A stretch of 64,000 nt of DNA, taken from assembly GCA_052279835.1 (NCBI GenBank), contig CP181291.1, positions 1,408,001-1,472,000 on the forward strand, written 5' to 3'. The position numbers and the translations under genes were made by a program. Every line of letters starts with the position of its first letter. Position 1 is the first letter of the stretch. Of this stretch, positions 1-9,098 are shown one piece after another. This DNA is from Microcoleus sp. (GTDB taxonomy: Bacteria > Cyanobacteriota > Cyanobacteriia > Cyanobacteriales > Microcoleaceae). The notes under the pieces are model-generated. The model was not told where the DNA came from, searched no databases, and worked only from the letters and a program-made list of their open reading frames with translations.

Positions 1-487
1 AGGAGAGGAATTTCCGAAATTGCCTTACGAAATGCGAAAAGACGAGCCAGATACTCTGATGCTATTTCACATTCTCAGACATAGCAAACTGACCTTGGCA
101 TTTGATACACTCTATCCTGGTATGCGTCCGTTTCCTTATTCGTTTATTACACTGCGTTGGTTTTACGGTGCTGCGACGGGTGGTGCGGTAGTTGGGAAGC
201 GTCCAACAACCCCTCTAATGGATGAGTTGCTGAATTGGGAAGATGCTACTATTGAGCTGCCCGATGACCCACAAAAAAGTGTGGAATTCATTGATGAACT
301 GTTAGAGGATGAAGTGCGGCTGAATAAGATATACAAACGCAACTATGTTGAGAGTTTAGCCCGTCATGACTGGAGACATCGGATTCAGAGTATGCTGGAA
401 ACGGTGAAAATTCCCCTACCCCAGGGACTGGGAGAAGAATTATCACAGATGAAGAGAATTCATGACCAAATGGTCTGTCGATTTTAG
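1..487 (+). CDS. C-terminal part of a probable glycosyltransferase (Glyco_trans_1_2/CgeB-like), 5' end outside the window
   Basis: ORF runs from the window edge. It has an LRWFYGAATGGAVVG motif and a C-terminal 'ARHDWRHR', as in GT1_2-type domains. Confidence 0.5.
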   Translation, partial: GEEFPKLPYEMRKDEPDTLMLFHILRHSKLTLAFDTLYPGMRPFPYSFITLRWFYGAATGGAVVGKRPTTPLMDELLNWEDATIELPDDPQKSVEFIDELLEDEVRLNKIYKRNYVESLARHDWRHRIQSMLETVKIPLPQGLGEELSQMKRIHDQMVCRF

Positions 488-640
488 ATTGGGGATTTGA
501 AATTAGAGAATTATTAATTGGACGAAGCGGGGGGCAAAACTACATTACTTGATGGTGATGTCAGAGTAAATTTTGTCAAAAAGAAAGAGATTGATTTGAA
601 GACATTTTGAGTGAATTTGAGAGGGATATATTCACCTAAT

Positions 641-670
641 TTGACATAGATTCCTATGGATAAATAGGAA
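641..670 (+). promoter_or_regulatory. TTGACA box followed by a 7-6-7 inverted repeat upstream of sat (candidate operator)
   Basis: TTGACA at 641-646, then TTCCTAT-ggataa-ATAGGAA at 651-670. Confidence 0.35.
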
Positions 671-751
671 AACTAATCAATTGTAACAATACTTTGGTAG
701 GATATACTCTGGCACTGACAGTCCCACATCTTAAAATAATCCCGAATCGAC

Positions 752-1933
752 ATGAGCCAGCATCCCGACCGCATTGCCCCTCATGGTGGCATCCTGGTCA
801 ACCGCATCGCCACCCTAGACCAAAGACAAGCATTTTTTGACAAAGCAGAAGCTTTGCCGCGAGTTCAGCTTTCAGATCGATCGATCTCCGACCTACAAAT
901 GATCGCCATCGGCGCCTTCAGTCCCCTGCAAGGGTTCATGAATGAGGCAGATTATCGATCGGTCGTCACCCAAATGCGCCTCTCCAACGGCCTCCCCTGG
1001 TCAGTACCAATCACCCTCTCAGTCAGCGAAGAAGTGGCAGCCACCCTGACAGAAGGGACTTTGGTCCGGCTAGACTCCCCCAGTGGCGAGTTTGCCGGCG
1101 TACTGGAACTGACTGAAAAATATCACTACAGCAAAGAAGAAGAAGCCATTAACGTCTACCGCACCGACGATCTCAAACATCCAGGTGTCCAAGTAATAGA
1201 CAAGTCGGGTCCAGTGAACCTAGCAGGTCCAGTGTGGTTGCTGGAACGGGAACTAGACGCCCGCTTTCCCCAATACCAAATTGACCCGGTGAAATCGAGA
1301 ATGCTGTTCGCAGAAAAAGGATGGAAAACCATAGTCGGTTTCCAAACCCGAAACCCGATCCATCGCGCTCACGAATACATTCAAAAATGTGCTCTAGAAA
1401 CTGTAGACGGCTTATTCTTGCACCCCTTGGTGGGGACGACTAAGGGCGATGATATTCCGGCGGATGTGCGGATGCGTTGCTACGAGATTCTGCTAGAAAA
1501 ATACTATCCGCACGATCGCGTAATTTTAGCAATCAATCCAGCGGCGATGCGCTACGCCGGACCACGGGAAGCAATTTTTCACGCTTTGATTCGCAAAAAC
1601 TATGGTTGTACTCACTTTATCGTGGGGCGCGATCATGCAGGCGTGGGGGATTACTATGGTACCTACGATGCTCAACACATTTTTGAGGAATTTGAGCCGG
1701 GAGAATTGGGAATTGTGCCGATGAAATTCGAGCACGCTTTCTATTGCAAAGTGACGGAACAAATGGCGACCACGAAAACCAGTCCTAGCACTCCCGAACA
1801 GCGGGTACATTTGTCGGGAACCAAAGTGCGGGAAATGTTGCGGGCTGGAAAATTACCACCCCCCCAGTTTTCTCGGCCAGAAGTTGCTGCGGAATTGGCA
1901 AAGGCGATGAATATTTTCAGCTATGAAATTTAA
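752..1933 (+). CDS. sat: Sulfate adenylyltransferase (ATP sulfurylase)
   Basis: [31 protein letters not shown] and LSGTKVR motifs; 393 aa. Confidence 0.97.
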   Translation: MSQHPDRIAPHGGILVNRIATLDQRQAFFDKAEALPRVQLSDRSISDLQMIAIGAFSPLQGFMNEADYRSVVTQMRLSNGLPWSVPITLSVSEEVAATLTEGTLVRLDSPSGEFAGVLELTEKYHYSKEEEAINVYRTDDLKHPGVQVIDKSGPVNLAGPVWLLERELDARFPQYQIDPVKSRMLFAEKGWKTIVGFQTRNPIHRAHEYIQKCALETVDGLFLHPLVGTTKGDDIPADVRMRCYEILLEKYYPHDRVILAINPAAMRYAGPREAIFHALIRKNYGCTHFIVGRDHAGVGDYYGTYDAQHIFEEFEPGELGIVPMKFEHAFYCKVTEQMATTKTSPSTPEQRVHLSGTKVREMLRAGKLPPPQFSRPEVAAELAKAMNIFSYEI

Positions 1934-2018
1934 ATCTTAAACCTTGTTGTTGGCGACACTTAGTCTTCGGCAGAGGAGTGAGAATATTAAGTAAGAGCAC
2001 GACGATCGGGAATCATTA

Positions 2019-4190
2019 ATGGGACTCAAGCGGCGGGAATTTTTGCAGCAAGCGGGCTGGGTGTTAGCAGCGCTGGGTATCAGCGAGGCTGGATGGGAAC
2101 GGTTGGGCGATCGCTACTACCAGGCCCTAGCCCAGCCGACAGCCCGCAAATTGGCATTGTTAGTGGGCGTTGACAAATATCCAGGATCGGCGCTGCACGG
2201 CTGTGTCACCGATGTGGAATTGCAGCGGGAATTACTGGTATATCGGTTTGGGTTTGGGCCATCAGACATTCTGACTTTGACTGACTCTCAAGCTACCAGG
2301 GAAAATATCGAGACGGCTTTTGTCAGTCACTTGACTCAACAAGCTAAACCCGGAGACGTGGTGGTTTTTCACTTCAGCGGCTGCGGTAGCAGAGTCAGTT
2401 TGGGCGAGTCAGCGACGGTAATGCAAAACAGTTTGGTGCCGGTAGATGATGTTGTGCCTGCTTTGGGAAACCGGGCGGTGAACGATATGTTAGAGGAAAC
2501 ACTGCTGCTGTTGATGCGATCGCTCCCAACAGAAAGTGCGATCGCCATTCTCGACACCAGCTACAGCTATCCGGGTGTAAATCCCACCGGCAACTTCCGC
2601 ATTCGTTCCCGCCCCCGCCCCATAGTCGCCAGTCCAAGCATGGGGGAATTAGACTTACTCGATCGACTTAAATTAGTCAACAATCTCAGTTCTAGCGGAG
2701 GCACCACACTCACCGCCTCCGCCCCTGGTCAACTCTCCGCCGAAATTCAGTGGAACGGGTTTACAGCCGGTTTATTTACTTACGCCCTCACCCAAACTTT
2801 GTGGTGGACAACTCCCGCCAGCAGCTTGCAAGTCAGTTTTAGCCGCGCCGCGGCTCAAGTCGAGCAAAGGAGCGGCTTAACCCAGGAACCGCAAATTCGC
2901 CATGATGATGTAAAAGCACCTGCGGGGATGTTTGCAACAGCGATGTTAAATTCCGCTACTGCTGACGGGGCAGTGTCTGCGGTAGAAGAGGGTAGCAAAA
3001 CTGTCCAACTGTGGCTGGCCGGGTTGCCGCCAGAAATTTTAGAGTCCTGTGGCGCTTCTGTATTCAGCCCCGTTTCCTCAGAGGGCGCGAGGCTGTTACT
3101 GCTGCGACGTAACGGTCTTTCTGCTAAAGCCCAAGTCTTAGAAGCGCCCATCTCAAACCAGGTGCAACTGACTGCGGGCGAATTAGTCAGAGAAGAAATT
3201 CGGGTTCTGCCCCGAAACATCAGTTTAACTGTAGCTTTGGACTCTGGTTTAGAACGCATCGAGCGGGTGGACGCTACCAGCGCCTTTGCGACTGTGCCCC
3301 AAGTCTCGGCGGTAGCGGGAGACCAACCAGCGGACTATCGGTTTGGCAGAGTGCCAGAAACCACTGTAGCTCAAACTCCTGGGGTCTATGAGCCTGGTTT
3401 GTATCAAGGTCGTTACGGTTTGTTTTCTGTGGGTGAAACGCTGGTTCCGCATACTGAGGGTGATGGCGGAGAGGCCGTGAAAGTTGCGGTACAGCGATTG
3501 ACTCCGCAGTTGAAAACCCTGTTGGCGATCAAGTTGCTGCGCCTGACAGTGAATGAGGGGTCTTCGCGTCTGAAGGTGCGGGCGATGCTAGCAACTCTCG
3601 CGCCTCAAGCTATGACTGTGGCCGGGCGATCGCCTGTGCGAGGTGTCAGTGACGATCGAGTGTCATCGCTGAGGGGGGAAAGTGAGAAATCTGGGAATTT
3701 GGGTATATTAAGTGTGAAGGCTGGGAGCCGGATGCAATATCGATTGTATAACGATGGCGATCGCCCAGTTTACTTTATGGTATTTGGCTCGGATAGTTCA
3801 AGACGGCTGCTAGTATTCAATTGTGATGGGGAAACCAATGTGCCAGGGCCGATGCAGGCGATCGCCCCTGGTGCAAATTTGAGTGTACCCCAGGCAGGGG
3901 CGATCGGGTGGGAGGTATCTAGGGCGATCGGGCTTACTGAAACTTTTGTTATACTTAGTGAGAATCCGTTCGATCGCACTTTGACTGCTTTACAGGGAGG
4001 AATGCAGCAAGCCAGGGATGCCTCGCCAATTCGAGTATTGTTGAATCCTTTAAATGTGGCCAGGGCTGTATTGGAAGATTTGCACGCCGCCAGCATGACA
4101 GGGGTGGAAAAAGTGGGGATATCCACCGATGATATAGCTTTGGATGTGAATGTGTGGGCAACTCTGAGTTTTGTTTATCGGGTAGTTTAA
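2019..4190 (+). CDS. Caspase-family (C14) pseudo-orthocaspase with Tat-like leader and C-terminal DUF4384-like domain
   Basis: KLALLVG, L.GCVTDV, ATRENI and VVFHFSG.G motifs; N-terminal KRREFL. The catalytic His/Cys positions read SGCG and LDTS. Confidence 0.85.
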   Translation: MGLKRREFLQQAGWVLAALGISEAGWERLGDRYYQALAQPTARKLALLVGVDKYPGSALHGCVTDVELQRELLVYRFGFGPSDILTLTDSQATRENIETAFVSHLTQQAKPGDVVVFHFSGCGSRVSLGESATVMQNSLVPVDDVVPALGNRAVNDMLEETLLLLMRSLPTESAIAILDTSYSYPGVNPTGNFRIRSRPRPIVASPSMGELDLLDRLKLVNNLSSSGGTTLTASAPGQLSAEIQWNGFTAGLFTYALTQTLWWTTPASSLQVSFSRAAAQVEQRSGLTQEPQIRHDDVKAPAGMFATAMLNSATADGAVSAVEEGSKTVQLWLAGLPPEILESCGASVFSPVSSEGARLLLLRRNGLSAKAQVLEAPISNQVQLTAGELVREEIRVLPRNISLTVALDSGLERIERVDATSAFATVPQVSAVAGDQPADYRFGRVPETTVAQTPGVYEPGLYQGRYGLFSVGETLVPHTEGDGGEAVKVAVQRLTPQLKTLLAIKLLRLTVNEGSSRLKVRAMLATLAPQAMTVAGRSPVRGVSDDRVSSLRGESEKSGNLGILSVKAGSRMQYRLYNDGDRPVYFMVFGSDSSRRLLVFNCDGETNVPGPMQAIAPGANLSVPQAGAIGWEVSRAIGLTETFVILSENPFDRTLTALQGGMQQARDASPIRVLLNPLNVARAVLEDLHAASMTGVEKVGISTDDIALDVNVWATLSFVYRVV

Positions 4191-4385
4191 TTGTTGCTGT
4201 TGATGCCATCAATTCATGGCCATTCCCATGACTCATCCTCTGTCTCCCTTTCTCAAGGCCGCCTAATTGCCCCAAACCGCAATAATTCTTTACAATTAAA
4301 AATAGCATAACGGTTCTCAAGGGTTTGGGCCTTAAATTGACACCAATGCCCAATGCCCTTTAACTTAAAAAACATCCCTTAAAAA

Positions 4386-5657
4386 ATGGCTGTAAACCAA
4401 CTTTCTGCAACCCCATCCCCCCTCCAAACAGCGGAATTAGACTATGATATCGCGATCGTCGGAGGCGGCATAGTCGGCGCAACCTTAGCCTGCGCCCTCA
4501 AAGATTCCGGCTTAAAAATCGCCATCATCGAAACCCAAATCCCCGCAGCAGCAGCAGCCAAAAAACAAGCTTACGCAGTCACCTTGCTGTCAGGAATGAT
4601 CTTAGAAGGCATCGGCGTGTGGGAACAAATCTTGCCACAAATCACCACCTTCGAGCAAATTAGCCTCTGCGACGGCGACTATCCCGGAATTGTAGAATTC
4701 CATCGCCCAGACTTGGGAAATACTGGCAAATTACCCGTACCAAAAGCCGCTTTAGGTTATGTCGGCGAGCACCGAGTCATGCTGTCAGCTTTGCAGGAAT
4801 CCTTGGCAAAAAACCCGAATTTCAGTTGGGTTTGTCCGGCGGAAGTAGTGGAGGTCAAATATTTAACTAATTGTGCCGAAATTGCCATCAAACAAAACAG
4901 TGAAACTCGCACTGTTCGTACTAAATTATTAGTTGCTGCTGATGGTTCTAAATCTCGCATCCGCACAGCAGCCAACATCGGCACTCGCGGCTGGAAATAC
5001 TGGCAATCCTGCGTTGCTATTACTATTAAAACTCAAAAACCCCACAACGATATTGCTTTCGAGCGCTTTTGGCCCAGTGGCCCGATGGGAGTTTTGCCAT
5101 TACCGGGAAACCGCTGTCAAGTAGTTTGGACTGCACCCCATGGGGAGGCGAAAGCTTTGCAACAAATGGATGAAACAGAGTTTTTAGCTTTGTTGAAACA
5201 GCGCACGGGCGGAGTTTTGGGAAATTTGGAATTGGAGAGCGATCGCTTTTTGTTTCCGGTACAGTTAATGCAGAGCGATCGCTACGTATTGCCCAGATTA
5301 GCATTAATTGGCGATGCGGCGCACTGTTGCCATCCTGTGGGCGGCCAGGGACTAAATATGGGCATTCGAGATGCAGGTGCGATCGCCCAAATCTTGCAAC
5401 AAGCCCACCAAAAAGGCGAAGACATCGGCGATTTGCGAGTATTGAAAAGGTATCACAACTGGCGCAAACAAGAAAATTTAATCGTGTTAGGATTTACGGA
5501 TTTCTTAGATAGGTTATTTTCTAATACTTGGCTGCCAATTGTGGCATTTCGCCGCTTCGGATTGTGGTGTTTGCGAACAATTCCCCCGGTCAGGTTTGTA
5601 GCATTGCGGTTGATGACAGGCTTAATGGGGCGGCCGCCGGAATTATCGCAAAACTAG
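4386..5657 (+). CDS. FAD-dependent hydroxylase, UbiH/VisC family
   Basis: GGGIVG Rossmann motif, VAADG, and GDAAHCCHPVGGQGLNMG. Confidence 0.9.
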   Translation: MAVNQLSATPSPLQTAELDYDIAIVGGGIVGATLACALKDSGLKIAIIETQIPAAAAAKKQAYAVTLLSGMILEGIGVWEQILPQITTFEQISLCDGDYPGIVEFHRPDLGNTGKLPVPKAALGYVGEHRVMLSALQESLAKNPNFSWVCPAEVVEVKYLTNCAEIAIKQNSETRTVRTKLLVAADGSKSRIRTAANIGTRGWKYWQSCVAITIKTQKPHNDIAFERFWPSGPMGVLPLPGNRCQVVWTAPHGEAKALQQMDETEFLALLKQRTGGVLGNLELESDRFLFPVQLMQSDRYVLPRLALIGDAAHCCHPVGGQGLNMGIRDAGAIAQILQQAHQKGEDIGDLRVLKRYHNWRKQENLIVLGFTDFLDRLFSNTWLPIVAFRRFGLWCLRTIPPVRFVALRLMTGLMGRPPELSQN

Positions 5658-5674
5658 GTTATTTCATACATCCT

Positions 5675-5870
5675 GTAGGGGCGGGTTCACCAACCATGAT
5701 CGCCCCAAACAAACAATCTCAAAAAACCCGCCCAACCCAACGATAAATCATCATGTAAATTTTGGCGATGGGATGAAAATTTCAGGTTGATGTAGGCGAT
5801 CGGTGGTGGCACGGCGGGTTTATTTAGATGGTTGGTAATTGTTATGTATTGTTGGCGAAGCCGCCCCTAC
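5675..5870. repeat. Inverted pair of GTAG-type REP-like elements (5675-5733 and 5813-5870)
   Basis: GTAGGGGCGGGTTCAC...AAACCCGCCC, followed by the reverse-oriented GGCGGGTTT...GAAGCCGCCCCTAC. A related copy is at 40167-40225. Confidence 0.7.
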
Positions 5871-5893
5871 AAAATATCGTACAATACCATCAA

Positions 5894-5957
5894 AGAAACC
5901 GGGTTTTTTCCTGGATATCTGCAATGTTACGAATTTTGTCGCAAAAACGCGGTATAA
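5894..5957. repeat. 64-bp AGAAACCGGGTTTTT palindromic element with a degenerate right arm
   Basis: The left arm is exact. The right arm reads AAAAACGCGGTATAA instead of AAAAACCCGGTTTCT. Confidence 0.7.
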
Positions 5958-6002
5958 TACTCCGCTTAGCTCGAACCCTGCCCTGACAGCAGTAGACAAA
6001 CC

Positions 6003-6677
6003 ATGCAACCCGAACAAGAACAAGAGATTCTCAACCTGCGGGATCGCCAATTAACGCCCAAACAAATTGCCCGAAAGTTAGGATTGAAAGCATCCGAAGT
6101 CACTACCTTTCTGATAGCTCAGGCAGAACAAACAGCCCTCGCTAGCGCCGAAAAAGGAGAGTTATTGCCCGTTGCTCAATGTCTCGTAGATGTAAATTTT
6201 GCCAATGCCTTGTTGCGCAATGAAACCACTGAAGCGGGCGGTTTGGGTTTAGTGATGGTTACTCGTTCCAAGGGATACAATCGTTTTGTTGCAGCCACTT
6301 ATTTGATAGACTACTGGTGTTTGGGAGTCAAGGATACCATTCCGCCACGTAACTGCAACGATAGCCAATATAAAAATCTCATTGAGAATTCTTACTCGCC
6401 GTTTCTGGGATACGAGGAGATTCGTTTAGAGCAAGCACAAGCCATGGTTTGGGGCGCGATCGCCTATGCCAAAAAATTAGGCTTTGAACCGCACCGCGAT
6501 TTCGAGCAGTCGAAGGCTCATCTAGGAGAATCAACCTGCGAAATCAGCTTGAAATTCGGTCGCAATGGAAAACCTTGTTATATTGAAGGGCCTTACGATA
6601 ATACAACGAAAATTATCAATACGCTCAAAAAGTCTGTGGGAGACGGTAATTTCGATTACTTGCACGGGATTGGGTAG
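6003..6677 (+). CDS. Hypothetical protein with N-terminal helix-turn-helix
   Basis: 'LTPKQIARKLGLKASEV' HTH-like segment; 224 aa; TATAAT at 5953-5958 upstream. Confidence 0.7.
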   Translation: MQPEQEQEILNLRDRQLTPKQIARKLGLKASEVTTFLIAQAEQTALASAEKGELLPVAQCLVDVNFANALLRNETTEAGGLGLVMVTRSKGYNRFVAATYLIDYWCLGVKDTIPPRNCNDSQYKNLIENSYSPFLGYEEIRLEQAQAMVWGAIAYAKKLGFEPHRDFEQSKAHLGESTCEISLKFGRNGKPCYIEGPYDNTTKIINTLKKSVGDGNFDYLHGIG

Positions 6678-6742
6678 AAATTGATACGGTTCAGTAGGAT
6701 AGTCAATTGTAAAATTCTGGTTTCCCGCGCACTATCAAACAA

Positions 6743-6806
6743 AGAAACCGGGTTTTTTCCCATCTCTTTGCCTGTCACGAAATATGCTCGCAAAAACCCG
6801 GTTTCT
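6743..6806. repeat. 64-bp palindromic element (15-bp inverted arms)
   Basis: AGAAACCGGGTTTTT-N34-AAAAACCCGGTTTCT; differs from the copies at 7712 and 7797 by one base. Confidence 0.9.
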
Positions 6807-6917
6807 GGCCACCCGTGCATCCAAGACCAAACTAAATTCATCCTGGTATATAATCAAAATATAACAGAGCGGAGTCAAATCTATCTCAACTAAAGCAGAA
6901 ACGGAGGAAAATCAACA

Positions 6918-6980
6918 ATGAATTTAGAGCAAGGGGTTTTAGATAAGTTGCGCGGATTGCCTCCGAATCGAATAGCGTAG
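6918..6980 (+). pseudogene. Antitoxin-like N-terminal stub (DUF2281-like), in frame with the downstream MNT gene
   Basis: GGAGG RBS, then MNLEQGVLDKLRGLPPNRIA*. Its ATG is 81 nt upstream of, and in frame with, the ATG at 6999. Confidence 0.4.
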
Positions 6981-6998
6981 ATTTCGGAGGCGACTGAG

Positions 6999-7316
6999 AT
7001 GTTAGTCAAGAATATCGAAATTCCGAAAGATCGAATAGTTGACTTTTGCCAACGCTGGAAAATTACTGAATTTGCCTTATTTGGTTCGGTGCTGCGGGAT
7101 GATTTTCGCCCTGACAGCGACATAGATATTTTAGCAACTTTCGAGCCAGATTTTCAGTGGACTTTATTGAAGTTGATGCAAATGGAAGAGGAATTAGAAG
7201 CTATTTTTGAGCGTAAAGTAGATTTTGTGAGCAAAGGAGCTATTGAGCAAAGCTTAAACTATCTTCGTCGTAAAGCTATCCTTAATTCTGCTCAGGTGAT
7301 TTATGCAGCCTCGTGA
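6999..7316 (+). CDS. Minimal nucleotidyltransferase (MNT) antitoxin
   Basis: LFGSVLRDDFRPDSDIDIL signature and RKVDFV; 105 aa; overlaps the HEPN gene. Confidence 0.92.
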   Translation: MLVKNIEIPKDRIVDFCQRWKITEFALFGSVLRDDFRPDSDIDILATFEPDFQWTLLKLMQMEEELEAIFERKVDFVSKGAIEQSLNYLRRKAILNSAQVIYAAS

Positions 7317-7650
7317 ACTTCATGCTTTGCTGGATATTCTCATCGCATCAAAACTAGCTTTGAGGTATGTCTCCGGCAAAACCCCGACCGAATTTTTGGT
7401 AGATATCCAATTGCAAGATTCTGTAATTCGGCGAGTTGAGATTATTGGGGAAGCGTCTAGACGAATTTCTGAGGAAACTTGTCTGTCGCTGCCTCAGATT
7501 CCCTGGTGGCGTATGATAGGGATGCGTAATCGGATAATCCACGAGTACGATCGGGTTGATTTAGCGGTGGTTTGGGATGTTGTTCAGAATGAGTTACCAT
7601 CTTTAATTGTGGAACTCGAAACAATTGTGCCGCCAGAAGATGGGGAATAA
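7303..7650 (+). CDS. HEPN/DUF86 ribonuclease toxin (HepT-like)
   Basis: IIGEA, IPW, and an R-X4-H motif (MRNRIIHEY); 115 aa. Confidence 0.92.
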   Translation: MQPRELHALLDILIASKLALRYVSGKTPTEFLVDIQLQDSVIRRVEIIGEASRRISEETCLSLPQIPWWRMIGMRNRIIHEYDRVDLAVVWDVVQNELPSLIVELETIVPPEDGE

Positions 7651-7688
7651 ACTGTCCATTGTAAAAACTGCACAGTCAATTGTCAAAT

Positions 7689-7941
7689 TCTGGCCACTCG
7701 CGCACAATCTAAGAAACCGGGTTTTTTCCCATCTCTTCGCCTGTCACGAAATATGCTCGCAAAAACCCGGTTTCTGGCCACTCGCGCACAATCTTTAGAA
7801 ACCGGGTTTTTTCCCATCTCTTCGCCTGTCACGAAATATGCTCGCAAAAACCCGGTTTCTGAGATTTTGGGTATGGCGATAAACCGGGTTTTTTTCGAGA
7901 ATATCGATACAGCCGAAGATATTGCGAAAAACCCGGTTTCT
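7689..7941. repeat. Cluster of three AGAAACCGGG palindromic elements (7712-7775, 7797-7860, 7879-7941)
   Basis: The first two are an 85-bp-period tandem duplication. The third has nearly the same arms with a different core. Confidence 0.9.
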
Positions 7942-7957
7942 TTGGGCTAGTTTGTTT

Positions 7958-8124
7958 GTCCGCGAGTCCAACAGGGGTTGAAACCCCTGTCTCATAGCTA
8001 AAGTCGGTTGAAACCGACTGAATAATGCTACAAAATACTCGCATATTTGTTGATTTCATCTGTTTTTCAGTCCTCTTTTAGAGGACTTTCGCTCTCTCGA
8101 CGGGGGTTGAAAACCCCCGGCGGA
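7958..8124. repeat. Inverted pair of double-hairpin elements (MITE/REP-like)
   Basis: GGGGTTGAAACCCC..AAAGTCGGTTGAAACCGACTG, and in opposite orientation CAGTCCTCTTTTAGAGGACTTT..GGGGGTTGAAAACCCCC. The outer ends are GTCCGC/GCGGAC. Confidence 0.7.
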
Positions 8125-8222
8125 CTGGTGGGATAGCGTCGGGGATTTTGGTGTCGGAAATTTTGGCAGCCTGAATGTGCGATCGCACTTGATCCAGTTA
8201 GATATCTCCAAAATATCCGCGA

Positions 8223-9011
8223 TTATTCCCCTTTGCGCCCAAACAGCTTTGCTACTGACTTTACTAACAGTTCTCGTGGCATGAATCTGGGCATATTTAC
8301 GATGATTTGATTCGGAACTCCCCCTGTCACAACGTTAGACTCATTCTTGTCTAAGGCTTTCAAAGCATCTCGCACTACTTCCTCGGCTGATACCAGTTTT
8401 TGCCCGCTGCTAGATGCTAGTGATTTTGGGAATTCAGCTACTGCAAAAAAGTCCGATTCTGTCGGTCCTGGACAAAGGCACAATACTCGTATTCCTAAAT
8501 CTTTGTTTTCCGCCCACAGTGATTCAGTGAAACTCAGAACAAAGGCTTTGGTTGCTGCGTAAATTGATAGGTATGGCATCGGTTGAAATGCTGCTATTGA
8601 TGCTACATTGATGATACTTCCTGATTTTTTTTGACGCATTTGCTGCAAAAATAAGTGCGAAAGCTCAACTAATGCTAGAATATTTAGTTGCACCATGGCT
8701 AGTTGTTTGTCAAGGGGGCGATCGGCAAAAACACCGTAATCTCCAAAACCCGCATTGTTGACTAACAAATCTACGGTCAAATCTGTTTGATTGACGGCCT
8801 CAAATACTTTGGTTCCAGCACCAGGTTCCGTCAAATCTTGCACGATTACTTCGGCTCGAATATGGAATTTTTCTTGGAGTGTAGCAGCGAGTTGGTGCAA
8901 TTTGTCTGCGGAACGAGCCACTAAAATTAGATTGTGCTGGTCTTGGGCTAATTCGGTGGCAAAAGCTGCACCAATTCCGCTAGAAGCTCCGGTGATTAAA
9001 GCAGTTGGCAT
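8223..9011 (-). CDS. Short-chain dehydrogenase/reductase
   Basis: TGASSGIG, LVNNAG and YAATK motifs; start placed at MPTALIT. Confidence 0.93.
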   Translation of the reverse strand: MPTALITGASSGIGAAFATELAQDQHNLILVARSADKLHQLAATLQEKFHIRAEVIVQDLTEPGAGTKVFEAVNQTDLTVDLLVNNAGFGDYGVFADRPLDKQLAMVQLNILALVELSHLFLQQMRQKKSGSIINVASIAAFQPMPYLSIYAATKAFVLSFTESLWAENKDLGIRVLCLCPGPTESDFFAVAEFPKSLASSSGQKLVSAEEVVRDALKALDKNESNVVTGGVPNQIIVNMPRFMPRELLVKSVAKLFGRKGE

Positions 9012-9098
9012 GAAATTATGTCTGATATTTGATGGGGAATTTATATATTTTAACAATTATTTTGAGTGGCCACATGTAAAATACTTAAAAGGGAATAG

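Noticed and set aside
7689..7941. Possible CRISPR array
   Set aside because: The units are ~64-bp palindromes, and the first two have identical cores and near-identical linkers. There are no unique spacers and no cas genes.
7607..8059. Short ORFs containing ETGFF/KNPVS/KKPGF (also 5820-6054 and 6656-6893)
   Set aside because: They are translations of the AGAAACCGGG palindromic element, not genes.
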